This document shows, piece after piece, positions 1 through 8,919 of a DNA stretch of 64,000 bases (positions within the stretch are counted from its first letter, which is position 1; each line of letters starts with the position of its first letter). The notes below the pieces were generated by a model. The model was not told where the DNA came from. It saw only the letters and a list, made by a program, of their open reading frames with translations, and searched no databases. The position numbers and the translations under genes were made by a program. Origin of the DNA: an uncultured virus (IMG/VR IMGVR_UViG_3300020048_000022) (Duplodnaviria; Heunggongvirae; Uroviricota; Caudoviricetes); the IMG/VR virus record IMGVR_UViG_3300020048_000022. One strand, written 5' to 3'.

Positions 1-2
1 GT

Positions 3-347
3 AAGCCAACAAGCAGAGCGGGAGGAAACGAGGCACTTGCTAAAGATAGAATGAAAGCTGGTGTTGCCATGCTTAACCAATTAAAAAAAGGTGGTAAAGA
101 TGGTAAAGATGGTGTAGCTCAGCTTAAAGATGCTAATATAGTAGAAGGTAAAGCTGTAGTACAAAGTGCGGCAGCTACTGAAAGTGATCCTAAAATGCAA
201 CAGGTTTCTTTCGTAATATCAGGATCTATTAGAAAAATTGAAAATAAAGGAGAAGCTAAAGAAATAACTATACAAAGAGTAGATCTTAAAAAAGCAGATA
301 GAGTTTCATTCAAGAAGAGTATAATTTACTGTTCTTATAATGCTTAA
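3..347 (+). CDS. Hypothetical protein, 5' truncated by the window edge
   Basis: Frame is open from position 3 to the TAA at 347; followed by a terminator hairpin. Confidence 0.6.
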   Translation, partial: KPTSRAGGNEALAKDRMKAGVAMLNQLKKGGKDGKDGVAQLKDANIVEGKAVVQSAAATESDPKMQQVSFVISGSIRKIENKGEAKEITIQRVDLKKADRVSFKKSIIYCSYNA

Positions 348-367
348 TTATTAATTATAAAAACACT

Positions 368-401
368 AAAAAGCCTATCTAATATTAGATAGGCTTTTTT
401 T
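368..401. terminator. Bidirectional intrinsic terminator
   Basis: aaaaagcctatct-aatatt-agataggcttttttt inverted repeat with A/T tracts, between convergent genes. Confidence 0.85.
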
Positions 402-415
402 ATGATAATCTTTAT

Positions 416-880
416 TTATTCTCCTGCTACTTCTTTGCTTTCTGTTACAATGGATTCTCTTGTTATATTATTATCTATTATAAGTCCGTAGCGTACCATT
501 CCATTTTGTTTAGTAGCAGTTGCGCAGAATTCAGTAAATCTGCATCTTTTTATTGCTACTTCATCAAAATATAAAGTATTTTTAAGATATGATTTGTATG
601 CTGTAACCAATCTTACTGCTTCTTCCTTTTCATCGTTTGCAGTATTAACCATACCACCTTTTTTAGTCCCGTAGCATTCAGGATATCCTGCTTCTGCCTG
701 GCTTGTAGCTCTTGCTGCAAAATTTAAAGTGGTATCTAATGTCATACCTGGAAATTGAACTGACATTTCTTTAATAAGTTCTTTCTCAAATTTAGCTACA
801 TCGAAGTTGTTAGCTTTCTGAGCTTGCGCTCCTATAATCATCGAGAAGATTAATGCGAATGTTAAAATTAAATTTTTCAT
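416..880 (-). CDS. Secreted or periplasmic hypothetical protein with Sec signal peptide
   Basis: N-terminus MKNLILTFALIFSMIIGAQA with an AxA cleavage site. Confidence 0.7.
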   Translation of the reverse strand: MKNLILTFALIFSMIIGAQAQKANNFDVAKFEKELIKEMSVQFPGMTLDTTLNFAARATSQAEAGYPECYGTKKGGMVNTANDEKEEAVRLVTAYKSYLKNTLYFDEVAIKRCRFTEFCATATKQNGMVRYGLIIDNNITRESIVTESKEVAGE

Positions 881-917
881 GATTTTTGGTTTTATTTGTT
901 TATATTAATTTATAATG

Positions 918-954
918 TAAATGTAGAATAATCTCTTTAATAAAAAAAATGATT
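918..954 (-). promoter_or_regulatory. Early-type promoter (AATCATTTTT...TAnnTTT[G/A])
   Basis: Same two-part motif and 31-nt offset as seven other intergenic copies. Confidence 0.65.
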
Positions 955-1011
955 TCTGAAATTTCTTTTTGTTTTATTTCTTATCATTTTTTGTTTATTA
1001 GATTAACAAGA

Positions 1012-1048
1012 CAAATATAGAATGTTCTATTTAATAAAAAAAATGATT
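1012..1048 (-). promoter_or_regulatory. Early-type promoter with Bacteroidota -7 box TATATTTG
   Basis: Minus strand AATCATTTTTTTT...TATATTTG, 31-nt offset. Confidence 0.7.
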
Positions 1049-1052
1049 CCAC

Positions 1053-1077
1053 AAAAAAAGACCCCAAAGGGTCTTTT
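1053..1077 (-). terminator. Intrinsic terminator
   Basis: aaaagaccc-caaa-gggtctttt hairpin with a T-run on the minus strand, just after the gene ending at 1096. Confidence 0.75.
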
Positions 1078-1095
1078 CAGTTTGATCAGAATTGA

Positions 1096-1416
1096 TTAAG
1101 CGTTAGCCCAAACAAATCCTCCTGCAGTTTTCATAATTCCACGAACCACTTTAGAGATTGAACCAGTGTTAACCCCTGTAGCTCTTTCAGCATCCGACAT
1201 AGAATTGTATTTTCTAATTCTACGTCCTCTTGGAGTTAATTGAACTACCGCAATAGTATTTCTGTTAGAAGTTTTAGCTTTCTTAGAAACTGTTTTAGAT
1301 GGAGCTGCTTTAGCAACAACCTTTACAGTTTTAGTAGCTTTAGGTGCAGCTTTCATAGGTGCAGCCTTTACAGTCTTAGCAGTAGCCTTAACAGTTTTCT
1401 TTGTTTTTGTGCTCAT
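1096..1416 (-). CDS. Lys/Ala-rich histone H1-like protein with C-terminal NUMOD1-type HTH
   Basis: MSTKTKKTVKATAKTVKAAP... then VVQLTPRG...YNSMSDAERATGVNTGSISKVVRG...TAGGFVW; start moved to the ATG at 1416, downstream of a promoter. Confidence 0.7.
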   Translation of the reverse strand: MSTKTKKTVKATAKTVKAAPMKAAPKATKTVKVVAKAAPSKTVSKKAKTSNRNTIAVVQLTPRGRRIRKYNSMSDAERATGVNTGSISKVVRGIMKTAGGFVWANA

Positions 1417-1442
1417 AAAATATTTATTTTTGATTATATTAA

Positions 1443-1470
1443 TTATACTCGCATACGCGTGTAAAGTTTC
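1443..1470 (-). promoter_or_regulatory. Middle-type promoter GAAACTT-N16-TATAA
   Basis: Recurrent motif with a fixed 16-nt spacer. Confidence 0.55.
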
Positions 1471-1491
1471 ATTTAAACACATTTAACAAAG

Positions 1492-1499
1492 GATATATA
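1492..1499 (+). promoter_or_regulatory. Late-type promoter GATATATA
   Basis: Recurrent octamer 5 nt before the ATG. Confidence 0.55.
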
Positions 1500-1504
1500 G
1501 GTTA

Positions 1505-2335
1505 ATGAAGAAGAAAAAGAAAAGACGCATTGACAGCTTTAAAAACTGGTTACTTGCAAGAGATTCTGCTAGTCGAATAAACAATGCTGATGGCAATAGT
1601 GCATTTTTTGAAAGTGTTAATTCGAGAGAAGATGATAGAAGGAGAATGGAAATATTTGATCTGATAACAGGGTCTTTACCCTTTATAAAATTAAGGAGTA
1701 AGATATTTGATTTTGGAATGATGAAAGATGCAGGAGCAGGCAATATGACAATTGTAATAAGAAATCAGGATATACAAAGACAGTTTGGTGAATTTATAGA
1801 ATGTCTAGAACCTAAAGAATGGAACATGGTAAATAGAATATTTATAAAGATTGCGGATGAATTAGTAATAGGTGATGCTGAACAAGATTCTCCTGGTATA
1901 ATTAAAATGAATTGCGAGATACCTTTGTATCATAGCGGTTCTGATGTGGATAAAGCAGCTCGTTCTATTATAAGAAGTTGGATAGCTCAGTCATCATTCG
2001 GGGAAGATTCATATCAGACAAGATTTTTTAGATGGTGGATGAATGAATTTCTTTTTACTGGAAATACCTACACGCATACTCCAGATTCATTTGAAGCGGC
2101 TTTAGTTGGATGGATGAAAATAGCAGATCAGAAAGATATAGAACAAGCATACAGAGAGCTTATTATAAATTCAAAAGATACCAGGATAAAAAGATCATAT
2201 ACAAAGATAGCAACTAAAGAAATAATAGATCATGTTAATTCTAACATGAAAGAATTTAATGCTGATATTAAAGATCTATCTACCGCATATCGTGCTATTT
2301 CTAGGTTTGGCGGTTTTGATACTGACGACGATTGA
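1505..2335 (+). CDS. Hypothetical, putative virion-internal protein
   Basis: 276 aa; N-terminal RIDSFKNW; C-terminal AYRAISRFGGFDTDDD; late promoter upstream. Confidence 0.65.
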   Translation: MKKKKKRRIDSFKNWLLARDSASRINNADGNSAFFESVNSREDDRRRMEIFDLITGSLPFIKLRSKIFDFGMMKDAGAGNMTIVIRNQDIQRQFGEFIECLEPKEWNMVNRIFIKIADELVIGDAEQDSPGIIKMNCEIPLYHSGSDVDKAARSIIRSWIAQSSFGEDSYQTRFFRWWMNEFLFTGNTYTHTPDSFEAALVGWMKIADQKDIEQAYRELIINSKDTRIKRSYTKIATKEIIDHVNSNMKEFNADIKDLSTAYRAISRFGGFDTDDD

Positions 2336-3311
2336 TTTTTCTTTTATATGAAACCTTTCCTTGCCCCATTCTATCTAATGTGAATTGAGAGAGATCCTCA
2401 AATCTTATTATCTGAAAGGGAAATGCCTTATTCTTCTTCTCATATATTATCATAGAATCTAGTCCACACAGAATAAAATATTGCTCTAGCGGTATAGGTG
2501 AAAGATCTCCCATACCTAAAATGTGATTAACATATTCATGAACCTCCTTCTTCTGTATCCTTGTTGTTCTAGTTGGATCAATTATCTCTGCAAGCTTCAC
2601 ACTTAACATTCCTCTACCTAGCCAGTTCCTTAATGAGTTTCTCACTATCGAATAATTCACTATCTCTTTAGGAGTTTCTGGGCTGATCTTAAATATCATG
2701 GTTTCGTCATCCTTAGATTCAAGCTTCCATATCTTACTATTAAGTTCTATGTAACCTCTTGGACAAAGGAAAGATTCACAGAAATGTCTTAGTCCTTTTC
2801 TTAGATCATTGTTATTTGAATCTGTAAGGCTATTCATAAATCCTCCTTGAACTAGAGCTTGTATTATTGTGCCTAGGTCAGTAAAGAAGGATGTGGCTTC
2901 TGTGAGTCTAAAATTTTCAGCATAAGCTTTAATCTCTATCTTCTTTCCCGAGTCCTTGAAAAGCAAATCTGGATATCTTTTACCTCCAGATAATGCTTGG
3001 TCTGATATAAGAAGACATATAATTTCGCCAGCTCCTAAATATGAATGGCACCAATCTGAAACAAATACTATTGTTCTATTGTGTTTTTTGTTGTTTAATA
3101 ACTGATGATTAAGATTTTCTATTGATTCCTCAATGCTTAATTCTCTATTCTCTTTTATAAACTCCCAGAATTTTTTGAATGTGTTCTCATTTTCACTGAT
3201 ATGATTACGAAAAGAAGAAAGGAACTTTTTTGAAATAGCAGGACTAATTGACTTAGTCTTAAAATAGCTATCAAATTCATCTATATAAATGTCTATAATT
3301 CTTCTCCTCAT
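2301..3311 (-). CDS. Putative PD-(D/E)XK-like nuclease-domain protein
   Basis: GAGE...YPDLLF...KIEIK motif order. Confidence 0.4.
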   Translation of the reverse strand: MRRRIIDIYIDEFDSYFKTKSISPAISKKFLSSFRNHISENENTFKKFWEFIKENRELSIEESIENLNHQLLNNKKHNRTIVFVSDWCHSYLGAGEIICLLISDQALSGGKRYPDLLFKDSGKKIEIKAYAENFRLTEATSFFTDLGTIIQALVQGGFMNSLTDSNNNDLRKGLRHFCESFLCPRGYIELNSKIWKLESKDDETMIFKISPETPKEIVNYSIVRNSLRNWLGRGMLSVKLAEIIDPTRTTRIQKKEVHEYVNHILGMGDLSPIPLEQYFILCGLDSMIIYEKKNKAFPFQIIRFEDLSQFTLDRMGQGKVSYKRKINRRQYQNRQT

Positions 3312-3319
3312 TCATACTA

Positions 3320-3347
3320 TTATAGACAAAAGGAACAAAGAAGTTAC
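3320..3347 (-). promoter_or_regulatory. Middle-type promoter GTAACTT-N16-TATAA
   Basis: Variant of the recurrent motif with the same spacer. Confidence 0.45.
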
Positions 3348-4456
3348 ACTTCTCTATTCCAGAAAGGTTTTTGATATTTAGGACGGAGCATTTTCCATAT
3401 AATTGTATCATAATTCCTTCCATCCCATATAGAAAAGCATATTGCTTTTATAGATGGCTCAGTTTTACAGAATTCAAGATGCTCAGCGAATTGTTTTTTA
3501 GTGGGTTCGATCTCACGATCCCCATATTTTCCGTATCTAAAATACTCGTGGATCTTTCCTGCTCTCTCCTCTATTCGATACTTATGATAATTCAGATTAT
3601 CTATAGTTTTTCTTACCCAAGCATCAAATTCATCAGGAACTTTTTCAAGAAGTATATTGATATCCTTACCATCTTTAAGATATTCCCAGATATCAACATT
3701 AGAGAAGTTGGTTAGAAGTCTATGTAATCTCACATATTCTTCAAACTTTATTTTCATTCTAAATGTGTCAGGTTGGAATCTAAGAATAAATCCCTCTTTA
3801 TTCTTTATGTTTTTCTCTTTTAAAGACTTGTATAGATCTGGGCCGAAGGAGAAGTGTTGTTCACACTTAACTATATCTTTTTTCTTGATATAACTAGCAT
3901 TGAATAGAGTCAAAGAAGTTGTCCAGTGTTGTTCCTCTCCATCTATAGAAGTACTTAAAAACACTATTCTTTCCTTATCCTTGTAATCAACAACTATTCT
4001 ATTCTCCGGATAGATTATCTCTACAATGTAAGTGACATGGGTTAAAAAATTATGCAGACGATAATCTTTCTTCAGTATCTCCATCCCCTTTTTAGCCTGC
4101 TCTGAAGTGAATGATCCTTTTGTAGCAAGATGCCATTCATTTTCGTAATGAAAAAGAATACCCAAGGAACCATCAACTTTTTCTTGTACATAAACATAAT
4201 CTCCTTTTAACGGAACTTGATCTGCGACTTCCTCGTAGTTAAAGAATTTATTAAAAGCGGAAGCAACAACATAACCTTTGTCGTCTATTATTGTTCCTCT
4301 CATTGCCAGAGTTATCTCATCCCAATCATTTTTGTATTGAGTGTCTCTTGTGTAGTTATAAATAGAGATAGGTAGAGTGGGGTGAGAATTTTTTTCTAAC
4401 CTTCCCTCGTTAACATACTTATTAAGAGTTCTTATCGAGTAACTTTTTCTTTCCAT
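3344..4456 (-). CDS. T4 Rnl1 (RnlA)-like RNA ligase
   Basis: RG...FNKFFN, motif I EKVDGSLG, ATKGSF, EII, EGFIL, KIKFEEY. Confidence 0.9.
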   Translation of the reverse strand: MERKSYSIRTLNKYVNEGRLEKNSHPTLPISIYNYTRDTQYKNDWDEITLAMRGTIIDDKGYVVASAFNKFFNYEEVADQVPLKGDYVYVQEKVDGSLGILFHYENEWHLATKGSFTSEQAKKGMEILKKDYRLHNFLTHVTYIVEIIYPENRIVVDYKDKERIVFLSTSIDGEEQHWTTSLTLFNASYIKKKDIVKCEQHFSFGPDLYKSLKEKNIKNKEGFILRFQPDTFRMKIKFEEYVRLHRLLTNFSNVDIWEYLKDGKDINILLEKVPDEFDAWVRKTIDNLNYHKYRIEERAGKIHEYFRYGKYGDREIEPTKKQFAEHLEFCKTEPSIKAICFSIWDGRNYDTIIWKMLRPKYQKPFWNREV

Positions 4457-4974
4457 TTCCAGCTTTTTTCTAAATTATTAGGGTCAAATTCTTCAAGCAT
4501 ATTATCTGCTGCTCCAAGGTATATTAGTTTATCCCAATGCGGTCTTGTTTTAAATTCATTCTGCTTGGATTTTTTCATATCTCCAAACTGATGGAATCTC
4601 ATATGATCCTTACAAAGACTTGCGACCGTCTCTACGTCACCACCGTTAGAAGTGATCCATTCTTGAACTATTGTATTACTTCGTATAAAGCTCGCTACGC
4701 GTGTATCGTGACCAGGGCAAGTAACAAATCCAGTTTTAGGATTTATTTGCTGTGTATCATGCTTAAATAGATCGTGCAGGCATCCAGCAAATATCAAATC
4801 CATATCACCAAGAGGGATAAGTCTCTCTGTAACTATTCTGATGTGTTCATTAGTGCTAGACTCTGGGTGGTAGTCAGGTCTTTCTCTGAGTGCCTTTAGA
4901 GCTCCCAATCTAGATGTCACACTAGAAGGCGGATTTGTCTTATCCAAAAACCCTTTAAAATCTTTAAATTCCAT
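4432..4974 (-). CDS. HD-domain phosphohydrolase
   Basis: YHPE...EH...LHDLFK...GH...DHM...AAD; overlaps the ligase gene. Confidence 0.75.
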   Translation of the reverse strand: MEFKDFKGFLDKTNPPSSVTSRLGALKALRERPDYHPESSTNEHIRIVTERLIPLGDMDLIFAGCLHDLFKHDTQQINPKTGFVTCPGHDTRVASFIRSNTIVQEWITSNGGDVETVASLCKDHMRFHQFGDMKKSKQNEFKTRPHWDKLIYLGAADNMLEEFDPNNLEKSWKWKEKVTR

Positions 4975-4978
4975 TTTG

Positions 4979-5015
4979 TAAACTTATAGAAAAATCCCTT
5001 ATATAAAAAATGATT
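4979..5015 (-). promoter_or_regulatory. Early-type promoter
   Basis: AATCATTTTT...TAAGTTTA, 31-nt offset, 4 nt before the ATG. Confidence 0.65.
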
Positions 5016-5077
5016 CTAAGAATATAGATTCTAGGTAGATAAAAATTTCGAATTAATAGAAACCCCGAAGGTCTCGA

Positions 5078-5089
5078 GATATATAAATA
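5078..5089 (+). promoter_or_regulatory. Late-type promoter GATATATA, also containing T4-type TATAAATA
   Basis: gatatataaata upstream of the gene at 5109. Confidence 0.6.
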
Positions 5090-5108
5090 AGTAAATAAAA
5101 TCTAAAAG

Positions 5109-5834
5109 ATGAGTATTAAAAATTACGAAGGTTTTAAAAAGATTCAGGAGGTTAGGAAATCAAAGAAATGTCCAGTTCTAAACTTTAAACCTATTAGAGA
5201 ATCTGAAACTTACACAGATATGATTGGTATGGGTTGGATCGAGGTTCTTGCTGATAATCCAGCAGGTATTCTTGCAAAAGCTACAGAAGAAGAAAGAAAC
5301 TTTAAAGATAGATTAGGGAATATTGCTTTTTATCATCCAATTTTTCAAGGATCAAGATTAACATCAAGAGCTTCAAGAAGTGCTGGTGAAGGTTATCCGC
5401 ATTTTAACATTAAACATGATGGAGCTGTTAGAGTTGTAGAAGGACTAAATTTAACAGCAGAATTTCCTAGATTAAATACGGATCTTAGAAGAACATGTAT
5501 GACTATTGGAGATTATCTATATAAGATGAGTTTCCTTATAAAATATGTTATAAAGGAATCAGGATTTCCTGTATCAGATTCAGAATTATATAGTGAGGAA
5601 TCATATAAAGATTTAATGCAAAGAAAAATTGATGCTGATCCATCAGTAGTAAAACACTTCAAAGATATTAATGCTACAGAGGAGACTGGAGGAGTTTCTA
5701 CATCTAATTTCGGATCAGCTAATAAAACTACAAAGATTATATCTTTACCTCCTAGTTTAAAAACAACAGATTATGGTCGAGCAGTATCTGCATTGAAAAG
5801 ATTTGGAGCTTTTGATGATGAGGATGATGATTAA
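5109..5834 (+). CDS. Hypothetical, putative virion-internal protein; distant paralog of 19105..20139
   Basis: N-terminal IKNYEGFKKIQE; C-terminal AVSALKRFGAFDDEDDD. Confidence 0.65.
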   Translation: MSIKNYEGFKKIQEVRKSKKCPVLNFKPIRESETYTDMIGMGWIEVLADNPAGILAKATEEERNFKDRLGNIAFYHPIFQGSRLTSRASRSAGEGYPHFNIKHDGAVRVVEGLNLTAEFPRLNTDLRRTCMTIGDYLYKMSFLIKYVIKESGFPVSDSELYSEESYKDLMQRKIDADPSVVKHFKDINATEETGGVSTSNFGSANKTTKIISLPPSLKTTDYGRAVSALKRFGAFDDEDDD

Positions 5835-5855
5835 AAATATAAATTAATTAAAGTT

Positions 5856-6461
5856 TTGGAAATATTACAAATAATAATAACTGGGCTTTTTTCAGTAACA
5901 GTTGCATTCGGGACCGTTTGGTTAAAACACTTTTTAGACGCTAAAAAGAAAACCATCGATGAGGAGAATTACGAAAAGATATCACAACAAGATATTGATT
6001 CAATGTTAGAGGTTCAGGAATTTTTAGAATCTTTCAGAGTTAAATGGGATTTAGACAGAGTTGGTATTTTCCAATTTCATAACGGAGGTAAATTCTTTCA
6101 TGGCATACCAATGAAAAAATATTCACAAACATTCGAAGTGATATCCCACGGGGTATCTAAAACAAAGGAACACAATCAAAGTGTATTTGTAACTGAGCAT
6201 CCTTCTTTAATGAAACATTTAAGTGAGAAGGAGTTTTTTTATATAGATGCAGAAGATCCAGTTTTAGATTACATCAGAGGTAGAGTAACTGAGGATGGTA
6301 TTTTACAAATATTCTCGTCTCCAATAAGAAGTCTCTCTGGACAGTTAATAGGATTTGTTCAATTACATACAGTTAAGTATAGAATAAAGGTCACAGAGGA
6401 TCTTAAAGATGATATCCTTGATCTTGTTAGTAATCTTTCTGGTTATTTAATCAAGAGATAA
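5856..6461 (+). CDS. Putative holin-like protein (N-terminal TM helix plus GAF-like domain)
   Basis: One N-terminal hydrophobic helix; RVGIFQFHNG...PIRSLSGQLIGFV GAF-like strands; TTG start. Confidence 0.45.
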   Translation: MEILQIIITGLFSVTVAFGTVWLKHFLDAKKKTIDEENYEKISQQDIDSMLEVQEFLESFRVKWDLDRVGIFQFHNGGKFFHGIPMKKYSQTFEVISHGVSKTKEHNQSVFVTEHPSLMKHLSEKEFFYIDAEDPVLDYIRGRVTEDGILQIFSSPIRSLSGQLIGFVQLHTVKYRIKVTEDLKDDILDLVSNLSGYLIKR

Positions 6462-6464
6462 GTA

Positions 6465-6863
6465 ATGAAATACGAAGCAACTTTTATAGAGAGCAACGAA
6501 AAATCTTTAGTATTCACATTAGAAATAGAAGGTGATACTAGAACTGAAATCCTTAGCAATATATTATCAGAAAATTGGTACCAAAGTGGTGATTACGTTG
6601 TAGATAATGACGATTTAATTGAAGTAATTAACGGGCTTATTGGTATGTTATGTAAAGATGGATACGATCTTATGGATAACCCAGATTTTTTATATAAGGT
6701 TAAATCATATGCAGATTTGAATTTAAACCTAAGACCGATTTTAGAAGATGAAGATATATCAGCAAAAGAAATTATAGATATATTCTGTCATTCAATAAAA
6801 GAATATTTTGAATACGAATCAGCAGGAAGTACTGAATTCCCTTACGAGATAAAAGAAGTATAA
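6465..6863 (+). CDS. Acidic hypothetical protein
   Basis: 132-aa ORF tightly packed after the previous gene. Confidence 0.6.
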   Translation: MKYEATFIESNEKSLVFTLEIEGDTRTEILSNILSENWYQSGDYVVDNDDLIEVINGLIGMLCKDGYDLMDNPDFLYKVKSYADLNLNLRPILEDEDISAKEIIDIFCHSIKEYFEYESAGSTEFPYEIKEV

Positions 6864-7106
6864 TCAGAAAGGCAAATCCATAGCAACTCTTTCTAAATGC
6901 TCTTTTCTAGCATGATATTTTTTCATAACTTCAAACATATCTCCCTTACTTAACTTATCAAAAAAGTAAGATTTATCCTCAACTAACTTTTCGTAATCTT
7001 CTTCACCTAGAGAGTTATCCCATAATTCATAGAAGTAACCAAGTGCATGGTCAAATCCATAAACAAATTCTTTATTCTCTCCTAGTGGTACAATGTATCG
7101 GCTCAT
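6864..7106 (-). CDS. Hypothetical protein
   Basis: Probable start MSRYIV; FVYGFDHALGYFY. Confidence 0.55.
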   Translation of the reverse strand: MSRYIVPLGENKEFVYGFDHALGYFYELWDNSLGEEDYEKLVEDKSYFFDKLSKGDMFEVMKKYHARKEHLERVAMDLPF

Positions 7107-7126
7107 AATAATTTTATTTTGAAATT

Positions 7127-7603
7127 TTATTCTGTATCTTCTTCGGATCTTGTTTCTATTTTCCATGGAACATGAACTATCTTAGATTCCACATTTATAG
7201 AAACCATCTTCATTTTTCTGCCTTCAATTTCAATTTCTGTTTCTTTTCTTATTCCTCTCTCAATATCCAGAAAATGCTTAAGCTTCTGTGGAACTGGTAA
7301 AAGGTCTGATGGAGTACATGTCTCACAAAATCTTTTACTATACCATTCATCTGGGATTCTTTCATCTGCAATGATTGCAATACCTTCAGATAATTTAGAT
7401 ATTTTTAAGGGGAAAGAAACCACAGAATCTTCTATAAGCTTCTCTAAATTTTCGTAGTTGAAATTGATTATTCTATAATCTCTTTCATCATTAACAGATA
7501 CTGAAAAGCAATTACCTCTCTCCATTGGGAATTCTCCGAAGTACCCGACAAGAGTAACCGTTGTAATATCAGTTGCTAATTTTATGTTATCTCCGATTGC
7601 CAT
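7127..7603 (-). CDS. Hypothetical protein
   Basis: 158-aa ORF in the minus-strand array. Confidence 0.6.
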   Translation of the reverse strand: MAIGDNIKLATDITTVTLVGYFGEFPMERGNCFSVSVNDERDYRIINFNYENLEKLIEDSVVSFPLKISKLSEGIAIIADERIPDEWYSKRFCETCTPSDLLPVPQKLKHFLDIERGIRKETEIEIEGRKMKMVSINVESKIVHVPWKIETRSEEDTE

Positions 7604-7726
7604 TTTAGATATTAAATAATTGTTGTTTGTGTTGTGTCAAATTTAATTTTAACAATTTCAAATACTGGCATAGTACAATCAGTATTATTAGGTACAATTA
7701 CTTCTAATCTTATTTTTACTTTCATA

Positions 7727-8197
7727 TCAAATCTTTTTAAGTATTAAACATCCTTCTGAGTCTTTCTCATCAGGATTAAATGTTACATCAATTTCTGTTG
7801 GTTGTTGTAGTGATTGGATTATATCAAGTGCTATGTGATAATCATTATCTTTTCTAAATTGTTCTTTTTGAAAATCAGTCATTTCAATAGCATTTAACAT
7901 TGCAGTTCTCATATCCTCAACAGTAAACAACTTATCTTTATTCAACTCCATTGCTTTTTGGAAGCCTTTTTTAACACCATCTTTATAGGTAATCGGGCTT
8001 AACAATTTATGATGCTTTTCTGCTTTTAACAACTCTTCATTAGCCAACTTTTCAACATCAACTACTCCAAAGATTGAGTCACAATTTTGTTTGGATAGTT
8101 TTCCATCATATGATGTTGCAATTACAATACCTTCTTCATTATGAAGTCTATACTGAATATCTGATTTACTTAATTTTCCTTTCATCTTATTTTCCAA
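7727..8197 (-). CDS. Hypothetical phage protein
   Basis: 156-aa ORF in the minus-strand array. Confidence 0.6.
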   Translation of the reverse strand: MENKMKGKLSKSDIQYRLHNEEGIVIATSYDGKLSKQNCDSIFGVVDVEKLANEELLKAEKHHKLLSPITYKDGVKKGFQKAMELNKDKLFTVEDMRTAMLNAIEMTDFQKEQFRKDNDYHIALDIIQSLQQPTEIDVTFNPDEKDSEGCLILKKI

Positions 8198-8501
8198 TTT
8201 GTTTTTTTCTATTCTTTAACCAAGCTTTTTCAGCAAGATCTGATTTCTCTGCAAGGAGGTTATAATAAGCCATTCCGTGTGGAAGATCGTGATCCTTCAT
8301 AGCTTTCTGTAAGAATCTGCCAATAAAATCATTCTTTTCATTCTTTACCTGTGATTCAATAATAGTGATCAACTCATCCATTTTTTTATTAATCAGTACA
8401 AGGACTGCATGTTTAGAATTAGGAGGAAACTCGCTTTCCAACATAGATAGAACCTCATACTGAGCTTTAAGTCTAATTAATTCTATTTCCTGTTCTTTCA
8501 T
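8187..8501 (-). CDS. Hypothetical protein
   Basis: ATGA overlap with the upstream gene. Confidence 0.6.
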   Translation of the reverse strand: MKEQEIELIRLKAQYEVLSMLESEFPPNSKHAVLVLINKKMDELITIIESQVKNEKNDFIGRFLQKAMKDHDLPHGMAYYNLLAEKSDLAEKAWLKNRKKQIGK

Positions 8502-8902
8502 CTTATTATATTTGGTTTTATATCGCCTTGATAGATGCTTATTTTTTCTCCCTCTTGAGTTTCCACAATATATTCAGGCATAAATCTGCCTTTTGAACAT
8601 TCTATTATTTTTCCTTCGCCCCTTCTCTTTGTGAGATTAACTACATTACCCACTTCAAATGGTTTAAAAGTGATTGATGCAGGATTATTAATCAGCCAAT
8701 CTTTAAGATTCTCTCTCTTATCATCTTCCCACATTTCTTCTTCCTCGTCATAACCCCATGATTGTATAGTAAAGTCCTCATAGGGTTGGAATTTTTCTAG
8801 TCCATCATTACATGTTCTACACATAATGTTTTGTCTGTGTCTCCCAACTTCTTCTTCACCTTTGAAGATTGAGTATTCTATTACGTTTGCTGATGTCGTC
8901 AT
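8498..8902 (-). CDS. Hypothetical protein with possible C-terminal SH3/KOW-like fold
   Basis: FEVGNVV...GEGKII...YIVE pattern. Confidence 0.55.
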   Translation of the reverse strand: MTTSANVIEYSIFKGEEEVGRHRQNIMCRTCNDGLEKFQPYEDFTIQSWGYDEEEEMWEDDKRENLKDWLINNPASITFKPFEVGNVVNLTKRRGEGKIIECSKGRFMPEYIVETQEGEKISIYQGDIKPNIIR

Positions 8903-8919
8903 TGTAAATATATTTGATT

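Noticed and set aside
3371..3893. Plus-strand ORFs opposite the ligase, and similar antisense ORFs across the window
   Set aside because: Fully antisense to well-supported genes, with Ser/Leu/Phe-rich composition typical of shadow ORFs
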